Positions 36,096 to 45,833 of a stretch of DNA of 64,000 bases are shown here, piece by piece (position 1 is the first letter of the stretch; each line of letters opens with the position of its first letter). The stretch comes from an uncultured virus (IMG/VR IMGVR_UViG_3300036401_000412) (Duplodnaviria > Heunggongvirae > Uroviricota > Caudoviricetes): IMG/VR virus record IMGVR_UViG_3300036401_000412; one strand, written 5' to 3'. The notes beneath the pieces are model-generated. The model was not told the origin of the DNA. It did no database searches and saw only the letters and a list, made by a program, of their open reading frames with translations. Both the position numbers and the translations under genes were made by a program.

Positions 36096-36382
36096 TGCCA
36101 CGTCGCCGCAAACAGCCGAGCCTCGCCGACAACGGCGGCTTCCTGGTGCAGAGCAAGATGTGCGCGACGTGCATCTATTTGCCGGGCAGTCCGCTCGACA
36201 TCCGCAAGCTGGAGGCCGACGTCGCGGACAAATGGGGTGGCTTTCACGGTCACCGCATTTGCCACCATTCCAAGCGCGGCGCGTGCTGCCGGGGTTTTTG
36301 GAACCGGCACAAGAACAAGTTCGCGCTCGGCCAGATCGCGCAGCGGCTGGGCTTTGTGAAGTTCGTGACCGACAACGACTAA
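36095..36382 (+). CDS. Cys/His-rich hypothetical protein
   Basis: TGATG coupling; CATC…CHH…CCRG. Confidence 0.65.
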   Translation: MPRRRKQPSLADNGGFLVQSKMCATCIYLPGSPLDIRKLEADVADKWGGFHGHRICHHSKRGACCRGFWNRHKNKFALGQIAQRLGFVKFVTDND

Positions 36383-36409
36383 CTGCACACACACAAATGG
36401 AGAATCACA

Positions 36410-36976
36410 ATGACTTCACGTCTCACCGGCATCTGCTTTGCCGCCGTGTTCGCGTTACCGATTGCCGCCATTGGCGGTGTCGTATTCATCACATCACCCA
36501 CCGCCGAGACGACGCGTGTCGTGCCACATCATGACGGCAGCGACAGCGCGCGGATCGACGCCGAGATCGAGCGGTCACACCAGCGCGCAGTGGCGATCAC
36601 CGAGGAAGTGCGACGCGGCATGAAGCCGACCGCGCAGGACTACGCCAAAATGATCGATGCCATTCCGGCCGGCTACACCGAGCGTGATCTCGGCGCCATC
36701 GTCGATGCGGCGCAGCACAACGAGGCGCGCTTCAACCGCGACTACAAAGGGCGAAACTACAGCAGCACCACGGCATTCAAGGCGGTCAGTCAGCAGATAT
36801 ATGGCGGCTATTCGGTGCAGTTCACCGATGGCTCGTTTTGCATGAGTGTCACCGACAGTGCGTTGCTCGGCAAGATTGCCGATTGGCCATACGGCAGACC
36901 GGTCATGTTCGGCGGCACGATCGAGGATACCAGCCTCGGCCATCTCATGATCAAGAACTGCCGGTTTTGGAGCTAG
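36410..36976 (+). CDS. Membrane-anchored protein with possible C-terminal OB-fold
   Basis: N-terminal TM segment and NEARF…YKG…G..V.FGG.I pattern. Preceded by a CA box and GGAG. Confidence 0.6.
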   Translation: MTSRLTGICFAAVFALPIAAIGGVVFITSPTAETTRVVPHHDGSDSARIDAEIERSHQRAVAITEEVRRGMKPTAQDYAKMIDAIPAGYTERDLGAIVDAAQHNEARFNRDYKGRNYSSTTAFKAVSQQIYGGYSVQFTDGSFCMSVTDSALLGKIADWPYGRPVMFGGTIEDTSLGHLMIKNCRFWS

Positions 36977-36980
36977 ACAA

Positions 36981-37265
36981 ATGTGGATACCGAATAACAT
37001 CGTCGCCGACGTGGATCGCGCCGCGCGCATCCATTACGTCGATCGCGCCATGTGCGTCCTCTGGAACGAACACCGCAAGCCCGACGAACTGCGGCTGCTC
37101 ACCGGCTGGGCCTGGACCGCCAAGGATGGCCGGTCGTTCCGGCAGGGCTTCAAGACCCCGACGGTGGCCTACCGCGACGCTTACTATTCGCTGGTCAGGC
37201 GCGAGGAGGCACCGCCGATTGCACGGCCCCGGCTGCGCGTGGTCAGCAACAGGAGCGTGGCATGA
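36981..37265 (+). CDS. Hypothetical protein
   Basis: Fits the tightly packed operon. Confidence 0.6.
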   Translation: MWIPNNIVADVDRAARIHYVDRAMCVLWNEHRKPDELRLLTGWAWTAKDGRSFRQGFKTPTVAYRDAYYSLVRREEAPPIARPRLRVVSNRSVA

Positions 37266-37762
37266 GGGCATCCGCCACCGCAGCGCGGCCGTCGACGCCG
37301 CTGGAGATCGCCAAGTTCGGCCACATCGCGGTGGCGCTGCGCGCGGTGATGGTGGCGCGGGACTGGTCGCCCGGCGCGCTCAATCAGGCGATGGGCCTCG
37401 ATCGCAACAACACCGCGATCTATCTCTACCTGCGCGGCCAGGGGCAGCCCTCGCCGGAGCGCCGCAGGGCACTCAGCGCGGCGACCGGCATCCCCGAGGC
37501 GGACCTGATGGCCCGCGACCCCGAGGCGCCGTCTGCGCCGTTGTCGGCCGCCGCGCTGGCGGCACCGCAGCGCGCCTTGATCGTGCACCGCAAGCCGCCG
37601 CAGCCGCAGCGGCCGCCAGCGGTCGAGCCGCCCGTGCTGCAATTCACCGCCCATCCCGACGGCACCGCGCGGCTCGCGTTCGACGTGACGATGGCGACCG
37701 AGAAAGCCGTGCCGTTGCTGCGGATATTGCTGGACGCCGGGATGATCATCGCGCGGGAGTAA
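37262..37762 (+). CDS. XRE-type HTH protein
   Basis: WSPGALNQAMG…AIYLYLRGQGQPS…LSAATGI. ATGA coupling, AGGAG SD. Confidence 0.65.
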   Translation: MRASATAARPSTPLEIAKFGHIAVALRAVMVARDWSPGALNQAMGLDRNNTAIYLYLRGQGQPSPERRRALSAATGIPEADLMARDPEAPSAPLSAAALAAPQRALIVHRKPPQPQRPPAVEPPVLQFTAHPDGTARLAFDVTMATEKAVPLLRILLDAGMIIARE

Positions 37763-37765
37763 TGG

Positions 37766-38320
37766 ATGCGGCTGATCCATTTCAGCGACGCGCCGGTCAA
37801 GCTGGGCGATCTGGTGGCACGCGGGCAGGATGAGGAAGGCGGCATGAAGCCCAAGGGGCTTTGGCTGTCGGATGAGGCCGCCGAGTGCTCCTGGTCGTGG
37901 TGGTGCCGCAGCGAGAATTTCCGGCTGCAAATGCTGACCCACGTGCACCGCGTGACACTCAGCAACTGCGCCAACGTGCTGATCCTGGAGACGCCCGGGC
38001 TGGTGCGCGACTTCGGCCGCGAGTTCGCGATCCAGCATGGCCCGTTTGCCGGCGGCAGCATGCTGGGCCACCACATCATGATGCTCGACTGGGTGCGGGT
38101 GATCCAGCGCTGGCACGGCCTGATCATCACGCCCTACCAGTGGGACTGCCGGCTGGAGAGCGACACGTTCTGGTATTACGGCTGGGACTGCGCCAGCGGC
38201 GTGATCTGGGAACCGACCGCGATCGGCTCGGTGATCCTGGACGCAATCACCGAGGTGCCGACGCCGTTCTACCCCGACGACGAAGATGAGCCGGCGGGCG
38301 ACAAACCGATTGACGAATAG
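37766..38320 (+). CDS. Trp-rich hypothetical protein (possible ART-like fold)
   Basis: LIHFS…KPKGLWLS…DW..V…GLIITPY…YGWDCAS. Confidence 0.65.
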   Translation: MRLIHFSDAPVKLGDLVARGQDEEGGMKPKGLWLSDEAAECSWSWWCRSENFRLQMLTHVHRVTLSNCANVLILETPGLVRDFGREFAIQHGPFAGGSMLGHHIMMLDWVRVIQRWHGLIITPYQWDCRLESDTFWYYGWDCASGVIWEPTAIGSVILDAITEVPTPFYPDDEDEPAGDKPIDE

Positions 38321-38357
38321 TGGGTCACAGTGGCATAACATCGCGGCACACACACAC
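38310..38357 (+). promoter_or_regulatory. Conserved phage promoter, copy 2, with CA box
   Basis: TTGACG-N18(TAGTGGGTCA)-CATAAC, then GCACACACACAC. Confidence 0.8.
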
Positions 38358-38366
38358 GAGTGACCC

Positions 38367-39482
38367 ATGAAACCATCAGACCCCACCAAGCGCGGCCCGA
38401 CGCTGGCCGATCGCTTCGCCACCCATCGCTACCCCGCGCATGAGCGCTATCTGGCGCCCGGCATCCTGGAGGCGATGCAGCAGAAAACCCGCATGGCGCA
38501 TAAGTTCGTGCTGGACGAACAGGCCACCACCCGTGTCGCCCATGTGGTGCGCGATATCCCTGATCTGATCCTGCGCGAGCATGCCTTCGCCCGGGCGCCG
38601 TTCGAATTGTCCTGGATCGAGTTCCCGCACTGGCTCTACTGGCGCGAGATCGGCAACAACCCGGAATTACAGGACGACAAGGCCGACCACACGATCGGTT
38701 ACCTGATCGATCACGGCGTGGTCACGGTGGTTTCCGGCGGCATCATCGCGCAGCCGACGATGGGGCCGTATCCCACGGTGCTGCGCTACTATCTCAACAC
38801 CGAGTGGGATGAGCGCGATCAGTCACAGTTCCTGCGCGATGCCGGCAGCACCGCGCAAGCCGACTTCATCGACAAGTTCCTCTGGGGATCGAGCTACAGC
38901 AAGATCGATCCGGCGCTGCGCGATCAGTTGCGCAAGCGCAATTCGGTGCGCCCGACGCCCTACTCCACCACGATGGCGGCGGATGCGACGCGGCGCTGGA
39001 TACAGGGTGCGCACCACAGCGGCGCGGGTGAACTGCGCACCGTGATCGCGCTGTTGCTGATGCTCAACCGGCCGATGATCACGCGCTATTCCAACGTCGA
39101 ACCGGGGCGCGGTTTCCACAAGGGCAAGCTGATGCCCTACATGGCGCACACCACGGTGACGATCGATCTCGACGCGGTGCCGACGCTCAAGCTGATGAGC
39201 GCGCCGGAGGGCGATGGCACGCCACGCCGCCGGCACGAGGTGCGCGGGCATTACTGCCACGATCGCGAGGCGCGCGACTATCTGCGCATCGCCGGCTGCA
39301 TGCACGACTGGCGCACCTGCGACGATGAGTGGACGCCCGCGCCCGCCATCCCGGATGCCAAGGCCAACCATTGGCTCTGCGCGGTCTGCGGTGGCAAGCG
39401 CTGGTGGCGCGCCGAGCATGAGCGCGGCGATGCTGGCCTGGGCTTCGTGCAGCACGACAGCTACGCGGTCACCGCGTCATGA
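38367..39482 (+). CDS. HxVRGH-motif protein (paralog A)
   Basis: 371 aa with RAPFELSWIEF, RRRHEVRGHY and a CxxC insert. Confidence 0.75.
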   Translation: MKPSDPTKRGPTLADRFATHRYPAHERYLAPGILEAMQQKTRMAHKFVLDEQATTRVAHVVRDIPDLILREHAFARAPFELSWIEFPHWLYWREIGNNPELQDDKADHTIGYLIDHGVVTVVSGGIIAQPTMGPYPTVLRYYLNTEWDERDQSQFLRDAGSTAQADFIDKFLWGSSYSKIDPALRDQLRKRNSVRPTPYSTTMAADATRRWIQGAHHSGAGELRTVIALLLMLNRPMITRYSNVEPGRGFHKGKLMPYMAHTTVTIDLDAVPTLKLMSAPEGDGTPRRRHEVRGHYCHDREARDYLRIAGCMHDWRTCDDEWTPAPAIPDAKANHWLCAVCGGKRWWRAEHERGDAGLGFVQHDSYAVTAS

Positions 39483-39567
39483 CCGGGCGCGTCCGGCTGC
39501 CGTGGAGTTTCGAGAACGGCAAGAAAGTGCCGCTGCGGTTCCGTAAAGAATGTGAAACAACCCTGGA

Positions 39568-40134
39568 GTGCGTATGATGATCGATACCGCCAAGCTATTC
39601 GAGAACGAAATAGCATTTGCCGAGAGCCGCATCATCGCATCCGGCGAGTTGGCGCCGATGTTCTCGGTGCATTTCGAGAAAGACGGGCAGGACGCCGTCG
39701 CCGCCATCATCGGCGACTTCGCCAACTACGAAGCCAAGATGCAGAGCGTCAATCTGGTCAAGATCATCGCCGTCGCGGTTGACGCCTACGCGGTCAGCCT
39801 GATGACCGAGGCGTGGGTCGCCGGCATCGACAAGAGCACGGACAAGGCCATCGTCAACCTCGCCCCGTCCGATCGGATGGACCGCAAGGAAATCGTCATG
39901 GTGACGATGTCACGGCGCGACGCCGGGCCGCTGTTTTCCTCCCGCGAGATCGAGCGCGACGCCGCCGGCAAGGTCGTGAAGCTGTTGGCTGACACGGCCG
40001 GCGATCACACCGGGTTCGAAGGCCGCATGGCGAATTTGCTGCCGGAGCGCCGGCCGACGGCGCGCGAGCAGCGCAGCGCGGAGGGCCTGCTGCGGATGTT
40101 CGGCATCAGGATGGAGAAGCTGCAACGCCACTGA
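39568..40134 (+). CDS. Hypothetical protein
   Basis: EAWV…PSDRMDRKE motif. The start is probably one of the ATGs near 39574. Confidence 0.65.
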   Translation: MRMMIDTAKLFENEIAFAESRIIASGELAPMFSVHFEKDGQDAVAAIIGDFANYEAKMQSVNLVKIIAVAVDAYAVSLMTEAWVAGIDKSTDKAIVNLAPSDRMDRKEIVMVTMSRRDAGPLFSSREIERDAAGKVVKLLADTAGDHTGFEGRMANLLPERRPTAREQRSAEGLLRMFGIRMEKLQRH

Positions 40135-40137
40135 CGC

Positions 40138-40187
40138 TTGACCTATAGTGGGTCACAATGGCATAATGAATTTGCACACACACAAAA
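40138..40187 (+). promoter_or_regulatory. Conserved phage promoter, copy 3, with CA box
   Basis: TTGACC-N18(TAGTGGGTCA)-CATAAT, then GCACACACACAAAA. Confidence 0.8.
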
Positions 40188-40202
40188 CCTTGGAGACACC
40201 TG

Positions 40203-40478
40203 ATGCCTGATAACATTGTTCTGCCGTTCTCGCGCTCGGCGTTGATCGAGATCGCGATGGCGCTTTCGGACGCCGCCACCAGTGCCTATTACGATGAGCG
40301 CCTCGATACCGCCGCGCGCACCTACGGCCACGCGGCCACGTTCTATGACGCCGCCGGCTATGCCTGCACCGCCAACGACAAGCGCCGACTGGGCAACGTC
40401 GCGCAGACCGAGGCCGCCGAGGCGCGCCTCAAGGTGATCGAGCACGTGATCGAGCACGTCACCCGGGCGGCCGCGTGA
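40203..40478 (+). CDS. Hypothetical protein
   Basis: GGAG SD after the promoter. Confidence 0.65.
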   Translation: MPDNIVLPFSRSALIEIAMALSDAATSAYYDERLDTAARTYGHAATFYDAAGYACTANDKRRLGNVAQTEAAEARLKVIEHVIEHVTRAAA

Positions 40479-40846
40479 TGTGGGTCATGCTGAACGACAG
40501 CTTCCTGTCGATCGTCGCGCACCGCTCCAAGCGCAGCATGCTGGTGATCCGCGCGCGGCGTGCCGAGGATATCTCGCTGGTGTTCCCGCAGGCGCGGCTG
40601 ATCGAGGGCGGCGGCATCGATTACGAGTTCCGCGCGCTGGTCAAGCGCAGCGTGGTGCAGCGCGCGATGGCGCGTGAGGTGGAGCGGATCGACTATCACA
40701 ACTTCAAAGACTCGGTGCGCGATGTGCGCCGCCACGATGTCTACCTGACCGTCTGGGCGACGCTGATGCGGCTCGGGCGCCGGCAGCGACCGTTGCCGGT
40801 GCCGATCCACCCGGTCGATGATTTCACACTGATGCAGGATGAATAA
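40475..40846 (+). CDS. Conserved-looking phage hypothetical protein
   Basis: MW…FLSIV…RAR…DY.FRA…IDY.NFK. Confidence 0.7.
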   Translation: MMWVMLNDSFLSIVAHRSKRSMLVIRARRAEDISLVFPQARLIEGGGIDYEFRALVKRSVVQRAMAREVERIDYHNFKDSVRDVRRHDVYLTVWATLMRLGRRQRPLPVPIHPVDDFTLMQDE

Positions 40847-41158
40847 ATGCCCAGAGCCAAGCCGTCCCTCGATCCTGATGCGATGACGCCCGCGCGGTTC
40901 CGCGCGTGTCTGGAGGAGTTGGGGATTTCCCAGCGCGATCTGGCCAGGGTGATCGGCTCGGCGACGCGCCTGCCGGGCAGTTGGGCCACGGGCGTGCACA
41001 GCGTGCCGCCCGCGATCGGCCGCTGGCTGGAGCGGTGCGTCAAGATCAAGGCCAAGCAGGTGCAGTTGCCGCCGGCACCGAAGGACTGGCGCCGCCGCTA
41101 TCCGCTGGAACTGATCGGACGCGATGCGCTGGAACGACTGGGAGAGAAACTCAAGTAA
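40847..41158 (+). CDS. HTH DNA-binding protein
   Basis: MTPARFRACLEELGISQRDLARVIG…W..G…VP. Confidence 0.7.
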   Translation: MPRAKPSLDPDAMTPARFRACLEELGISQRDLARVIGSATRLPGSWATGVHSVPPAIGRWLERCVKIKAKQVQLPPAPKDWRRRYPLELIGRDALERLGEKLK

Positions 41159-41448
41159 TGGAACATGAAATGAACACGATCAGGAACCTGCGCGCCTGCC
41201 GGCATTACGCGACGCTGCTGTGCGCGGCCAGGATCATCGAGCAGAATGGCACGTTCGGCATTGCCCACTCGGTGCGCGTCCCGGCGCAACGCATCTATGA
41301 CGCCGCCGACCCGGCGATCTGGCCCGCGCTCGACACTATCAAGCGGGTGATGGAGATCGACGACACGGTCGACCAGCCGGGCACGGTGCTGATGCACGCG
41401 GGCATCGCGATGAACCAACAGGCCGACGAACAGGGCGAGCCGAGATGA
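41158..41448 (+). CDS. Hypothetical protein
   Basis: TAATG coupling (MEHEMN…). Confidence 0.55.
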   Translation: MEHEMNTIRNLRACRHYATLLCAARIIEQNGTFGIAHSVRVPAQRIYDAADPAIWPALDTIKRVMEIDDTVDQPGTVLMHAGIAMNQQADEQGEPR

Positions 41449-41864
41449 CCGAGGTGCCGGAGACGCCGCGCGGCAGCTTCGACTGGTTGCTGGCGAAGCC
41501 GGTGGTGCACGAGTTCCAGGTGCCGCTGCCGAATGCCGAGCCGGGCGTCGAGCAGACGCTGAAGGTGGTGATCACCGCGAAAGCCACCGTCACACCGAAC
41601 CGGTCGTGGGGCACCTTCCTCGTGGTGTGGGCCTCGATCGTCGTCGGGCTGATGGCGGCGATTGCGATCAACACCGCGCACGGTGCGACTTGGGAAGATC
41701 AGAACGCCCAGCGCCGCGCCCCCGCCTGGGGGCAGCAAAACTGGGCACAGCCCGAGCCGGGCGTCACCACCACCTATCGCGACACCGTGGCGCCGGACGG
41801 TTCAGCCGGCCGCTGCGCGCTTTACCAGTGGCGTGGTGAGCCGAGGATCGACTGTCGGCACTAA
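41445..41864 (+). CDS. Single-TM hypothetical protein
   Basis: ATGA coupling; hydrophobic FLVVWASIVVGLMAAIAI. Confidence 0.55.
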   Translation: MTEVPETPRGSFDWLLAKPVVHEFQVPLPNAEPGVEQTLKVVITAKATVTPNRSWGTFLVVWASIVVGLMAAIAINTAHGATWEDQNAQRRAPAWGQQNWAQPEPGVTTTYRDTVAPDGSAGRCALYQWRGEPRIDCRH

Positions 41865-42208
41865 CTGGAGCCGGTGGCGTCGCTTGCCCAGCTTGTCGAC
41901 CAGCACCTCGTTGATCGCGATCAGCGCATCCGTGGTCTCAAGCCCATCTACAGCGAGATATACGGCTGAAATGGCGCGCTGGATTTGGTTGGCGCGATGT
42001 CGCACCAAGCGACGCTCACGCGCGGAAGCTTGCTCGGTTTCCTGCATGCGGCATCCTGATTTTGCGGGGGACACGGACGCGACTGGCGCGAGTGTAGAAA
42101 AATTGGTCGCACAGTGAGTCTGGTGTCGTCAAGCATTTGCGAGGCCCAACCGGTAGACGTGCCGGCGAAAAAAATCGGCGTGGCTGGTGAATTTGGCGTC
42201 GATTGCTG

Positions 42209-42283
42209 TTGCAAATGGTGGGTCAGAGTGGCATAACGATTTGGCCGGCCCGGGTGGGTCGGCTGCACACACACAAATGGAGA
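42209..42283 (+). promoter_or_regulatory. Conserved phage promoter, copy 4, with CA box
   Basis: TTGCAA-N17(GTGGGTCA)-CATAAC, a second GTGGGTC at 42254, then TGCACACACACAAATGGAGA. Confidence 0.75.
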
Positions 42284-42289
42284 CAGACC

Positions 42290-43156
42290 ATGCCTTTCGA
42301 TACCGCGATCCTCGGCAACGATTTCATGCCGATGAACCATAAGAACATCCAGCCGATCGGCGCCCAGGCGCTGAAGTGCTTCGACGAAAAGGGCACCGAG
42401 ATCGCCGGCTACCACCACATCGTGCGTGGCGACACCGGCCAGACCATCCGGGTCGCGCCCGAGTCCTACACCGTGATCCAGAACGAAGCCGCGATCGAGA
42501 TGGTCGAGACCGCGCTGGTCAGGTCAAAGCTGGACCTCACCGACGCTCGTTTCGGGGTCGATTACAGTCATGACGGCGCGCGCATGTTCGCCCAGTGGCT
42601 GCTGCCTGCCCACACCGCGCTGGTGCGGCCGGGCGTCGAGGCCAGCCTGCGGGTGATCATGCTGAACGCCTATGACGGCACCACGGCCCTCCAGGGCCGC
42701 GTCGGTTCGTTCAACTGGGCCTGCGCCAATCAGGCGGTCTCGGGCAAGGAATACGCCAGCTTCCGCTTCGCCCACACCGGCAAGATCAACCTGGAGCCGG
42801 CGATCGGCAAGCTGACCAGCGCGGCCGAGAACCACGTCGAGGAGGTGCGGCGCTGGGTGAACTGGCCGACCGTCGCGGTGTCCGACCAGCTTGCCCGCAA
42901 GCTGCTCACCGCGCTGCCCAAGGCCAGCACGTCACAGGTCGACGCGCTGGTGCATGACTGGCTGCGGGCGCGTGACGAAGACCCGATCCAGGGCGGCCCG
43001 AACCTCTGGTGCCTGTTCAACGTGCTGACCCGCTGGGCGACCCACGATGACGCCAAGGGCGAGAACAAGGCGTTCCGCAACTGGGAGCGCCATGAGCGGA
43101 TCGCCGAGGTGATCGAGGGCAAGGTGTGGAAGGAAGTCGAGGTGGCCGGGGCGTGA
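42290..43156 (+). CDS. DUF932/DUF945-like phage/plasmid protein
   Basis: Y.VIQN, NAYDGT, ACANQ, F.HTG and NLW.LFN.LT motifs. Confidence 0.75.
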   Translation: MPFDTAILGNDFMPMNHKNIQPIGAQALKCFDEKGTEIAGYHHIVRGDTGQTIRVAPESYTVIQNEAAIEMVETALVRSKLDLTDARFGVDYSHDGARMFAQWLLPAHTALVRPGVEASLRVIMLNAYDGTTALQGRVGSFNWACANQAVSGKEYASFRFAHTGKINLEPAIGKLTSAAENHVEEVRRWVNWPTVAVSDQLARKLLTALPKASTSQVDALVHDWLRARDEDPIQGGPNLWCLFNVLTRWATHDDAKGENKAFRNWERHERIAEVIEGKVWKEVEVAGA

Positions 43157-43461
43157 GCGGGGCAGCACCCGGGGCAGCGATGCCCCGGGCCATCCGCGTG
43201 CCGACCGGCGACTACATGGCGCGGCTGCACTGGCGGCTGCGCGCGCGGTTGCCGCTATGGGCGGTGTTCGGCCCGGGCACGATCGAGTATCCGCACCACT
43301 GGGTGGCGCGCATGCACGTCGTGCTGCCCGAGGCGCGGGTGACGCGGTTCGTCATCACCCACGATACGCTGGAGGGCCTGCGCGCCATCCTGCCGCCCGC
43401 GTTGACCTATTTCCCGCGCCACCCGCACGACCCACCGTATCTCGTGGAGGTTTGGCTATGA
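43153..43461 (+). CDS. Hypothetical protein
   Basis: GTGA coupling; EYP..WVAR…R.P.DP…VEVW. Confidence 0.6.
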   Translation: MSGAAPGAAMPRAIRVPTGDYMARLHWRLRARLPLWAVFGPGTIEYPHHWVARMHVVLPEARVTRFVITHDTLEGLRAILPPALTYFPRHPHDPPYLVEVWL

Positions 43462-43688
43462 GCGACGCCGATCGCGTGGCCCGCATTGCCGCCGGCATTG
43501 CCATCACCGACAAGCTGATCGATGTGTGCGCGCCGATCGTCGACGGGCAGGAGACCGCGCTGGTGACCGAGGCCCTCGCGGCGGCCTTCATGGCGATGCT
43601 GGTCGCCGGCACACCCAACAAGCGCGACCAGTTCGTGGTGCTGGCGCGTTACGCCGAGCGCATCCTGGAATACGCGCGGGATGCATGA
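43458..43688 (+). CDS. Hypothetical protein
   Basis: GGAGG SD and ATGA coupling. Confidence 0.6.
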   Translation: MSDADRVARIAAGIAITDKLIDVCAPIVDGQETALVTEALAAAFMAMLVAGTPNKRDQFVVLARYAERILEYARDA

Positions 43689-43697
43689 GCGTCGGCT

Positions 43698-43907
43698 GTG
43701 ATGTTCTACGCGGTGCGCGTCGAGTGCGACGGTCCCCGGCCATTCACCGCCGGGCTGGTGATCGAGCGCGACACCGAGATTTGCGTCAGCGCGGCACCGA
43801 TCCTGCGCTGGGCGATCGGCCTGGGCGCTGACGAACTGCGCCGGCAGTTCGCCGCCAAGGGCTTCCGCGCCACACGGCGCCCCTACCACGGAGAGACCCC
43901 GCCATGA
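43698..43907 (+). CDS. Hypothetical protein
   Basis: FTAGLV…AAPILRW.IG motif. Confidence 0.55.
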   Translation: MMFYAVRVECDGPRPFTAGLVIERDTEICVSAAPILRWAIGLGADELRRQFAAKGFRATRRPYHGETPP

Positions 43908-44098
43908 GCGACGGCATCAGCAGGCTGCATATCGTCAACGACGTCATACGACCCGATCCGGACAGTGACTGGACCGCCGAGTTGATGACCGATGACGCGA
44001 TCGACATCTCGGTGCGGATCGGCTTTCAGGCCAGCGAGGAGCGCGCGCGCGGCATCGTGCACGAGATGGTGCGGCCACGGGAGGAACCCGATGGTTGA
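43904..44098 (+). CDS. Hypothetical protein
   Basis: ATGA coupling, GGAG SD. Confidence 0.5.
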   Translation: MSDGISRLHIVNDVIRPDPDSDWTAELMTDDAIDISVRIGFQASEERARGIVHEMVRPREEPDG

Positions 44099-44327
44099 GT
44101 TCGATTGCGAGGGCTGTGGCGCGCATGTGATCGACGTCGGTCGCGACGCGATACCGGCAAGCCATTGGTGCGCCACCTGCGGCTTCATCCACTGGTCGGT
44201 GCGCGATTCGAGTTTCGTCGTGCAGCGCGAATTGCTGGTGCATCTCGGCGCCATGAAACCACTACGGATCAAGGGAGGAACTGATGCGATCACAGATACA
44301 GTTTGCGCTGGCGCACCCGGTGTTTGA
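44091..44327 (+). CDS. Small Zn-finger protein
   Basis: GGAGG SD; CEGC…CATC. Confidence 0.5.
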   Translation: MVEFDCEGCGAHVIDVGRDAIPASHWCATCGFIHWSVRDSSFVVQRELLVHLGAMKPLRIKGGTDAITDTVCAGAPGV

Positions 44328-44445
44328 CCCGGTGACCCAGATCGTCACCGGGCACTACTGGCGCGCGGCGCACACCATCTCGGCGGCCCTGACCGTCAAT
44401 ATCGGCCTGGAGTGAGAGGTTTATGCCGGCGGCCGTCCGCTTTGG

Positions 44446-44715
44446 ATGTTGAGCCTCGCTCAACAGGACTTGGCGCGACGACGGCCGGTGCCCGTGGTCC
44501 GTTGGACTCGGCAAATGATGCGCGAGATCGAGGCGGTGCGCGACCGCATCTTCGCCATGTGCGGCAGCCCCGAGCCGGTGATCGAGGCCGATTTACGTGA
44601 GTTCCCCGCGCTCAATCAGCGGGTGTCGCGGCAGTGGCGCCGCCCGCTGTCGATCGAGGAAGTGGCGCAGTTGGCACCGACGCCGGAAGTGCGCGAACGC
44701 AAGGGGAGACCATGA
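44446..44715 (+). CDS. Hypothetical protein
   Basis: Open frame in the operon. Confidence 0.5.
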   Translation: MLSLAQQDLARRRPVPVVRWTRQMMREIEAVRDRIFAMCGSPEPVIEADLREFPALNQRVSRQWRRPLSIEEVAQLAPTPEVRERKGRP

Positions 44716-44973
44716 ATGTTGAAAGTGACGTTGACCACGGCCAATGGCAAGAAAGTGCTGTTGATCGGCCTATCGTTCGGCAACCTCGACCGGCTGCGCG
44801 AGGAAGTCGGCGATACCTTTATCAAGATCGATCCTGTGCCGCTCGGCCTGTCGCACGAGGTGCTGATCTTTTCCGGGCGCACCGAGGCGGACCTTGCCGA
44901 GATCATCAGCAAGACCGGCGCTGAGTTCACGCCTGACAGCCGCGTCGAGATCAGCGACAAACTGAAAAACTGA
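44716..44973 (+). CDS. Hypothetical protein
   Basis: GGAG SD; IGLSFGNLDRLR. Confidence 0.6.
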   Translation: MLKVTLTTANGKKVLLIGLSFGNLDRLREEVGDTFIKIDPVPLGLSHEVLIFSGRTEADLAEIISKTGAEFTPDSRVEISDKLKN

Positions 44974-45001
44974 TGCACACACACAAATGGAGACGATCGC
45001 C

Positions 45002-45373
45002 GTGAGTGACCACGAAAAGCTGACCCTGTCAGACTCTGAGATCGCCGTGCTGGCGCGCTTGGCGTCGCTGGATTTGACCGGCTTCCTGACCCAGGCGACG
45101 CACAACTGGAAACACATCGAAAACATCGCCGCCACCTCGGTTGCCAGGACGATGGTGTTGCGCGAGCGCGGGGTGGTGCCGGAAAGCCGTGATGAGATCA
45201 AACAATTACTGGTGCTGTCGTTCCGTTGTTCGATGATGGCGAAGCTGACCGAGCACATCCGCGACACGCCGGACCTGCACGCGACCCTCCTGCACGACGA
45301 CGCGATGATCGACGACATACTGCGAAAAGTCGAGACGAAGACCAATGAAATGACGGCGGAGACGCGGCCATGA
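45002..45373 (+). CDS. Hypothetical protein
   Basis: Probable GTG start after a CA box and GGAG (44974-44993). Confidence 0.55.
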   Translation: MSDHEKLTLSDSEIAVLARLASLDLTGFLTQATHNWKHIENIAATSVARTMVLRERGVVPESRDEIKQLLVLSFRCSMMAKLTEHIRDTPDLHATLLHDDAMIDDILRKVETKTNEMTAETRP

Positions 45374-45630
45374 GCGACGATACTGTGAGGGCGCGCGCGG
45401 TGCTGGATACCGTCGCGATCAACGCTGGCGAGGCGGCGTATCTGGCGTTGCTGATGAACAAGAATGCCTCGCTCCGCGATCTCGATCTCGACGCGCTGGC
45501 GGACGGCATTCTGGCGCACCGCGATGGGTTGGGGTTTCACGAGAACCCGCACCGGCCGGACGCGATGACGCGGCGGCGGCTGTCGTGGGCGATCGGCTGG
45601 AACGAACGCGCGTTGCAGGTGCGGCCATGA
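45370..45630 (+). CDS. Hypothetical protein
   Basis: ATGA coupling; NP…W..GW motif. Confidence 0.55.
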   Translation: MSDDTVRARAVLDTVAINAGEAAYLALLMNKNASLRDLDLDALADGILAHRDGLGFHENPHRPDAMTRRRLSWAIGWNERALQVRP

Positions 45631-45833
45631 GTTTCGATCTGGCGTGGATCATGACGCTGCCGAAATTCTTCCGGTGGGGAGAGTTCTGCCACCGCTTGGT
45701 GGCACTCGGCATCGTTGATCCGCCACGCTGGCCGTGGTCGGGCTGGCAGTTCGCGCCTTACATGCACCGCGCCATTGCGGCCGGGCGTATCAGGCGGATC
45801 GGTCGCGGCCGCTATGAAAGGGTAGAGAAATGA
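45627..45833 (+). CDS. Hypothetical protein
   Basis: ATGA coupling (MSFDLAWIM…). Confidence 0.5.
   Translation: MSFDLAWIMTLPKFFRWGEFCHRLVALGIVDPPRWPWSGWQFAPYMHRAIAAGRIRRIGRGRYERVEK

Noticed and set aside
40159..40176. TGGCA…TTGCA as a sigma54 promoter
   Set aside because: The GG-to-GC spacing is 12 nt rather than 10, and the other copies lack the TTGC element.
41802..42074. Lone minus-strand ORF within the + strand array
   Set aside because: It could be real (MQETEQ… from 42047), but it overlaps the convergent gene and has no recognisable motif, so it is not called.
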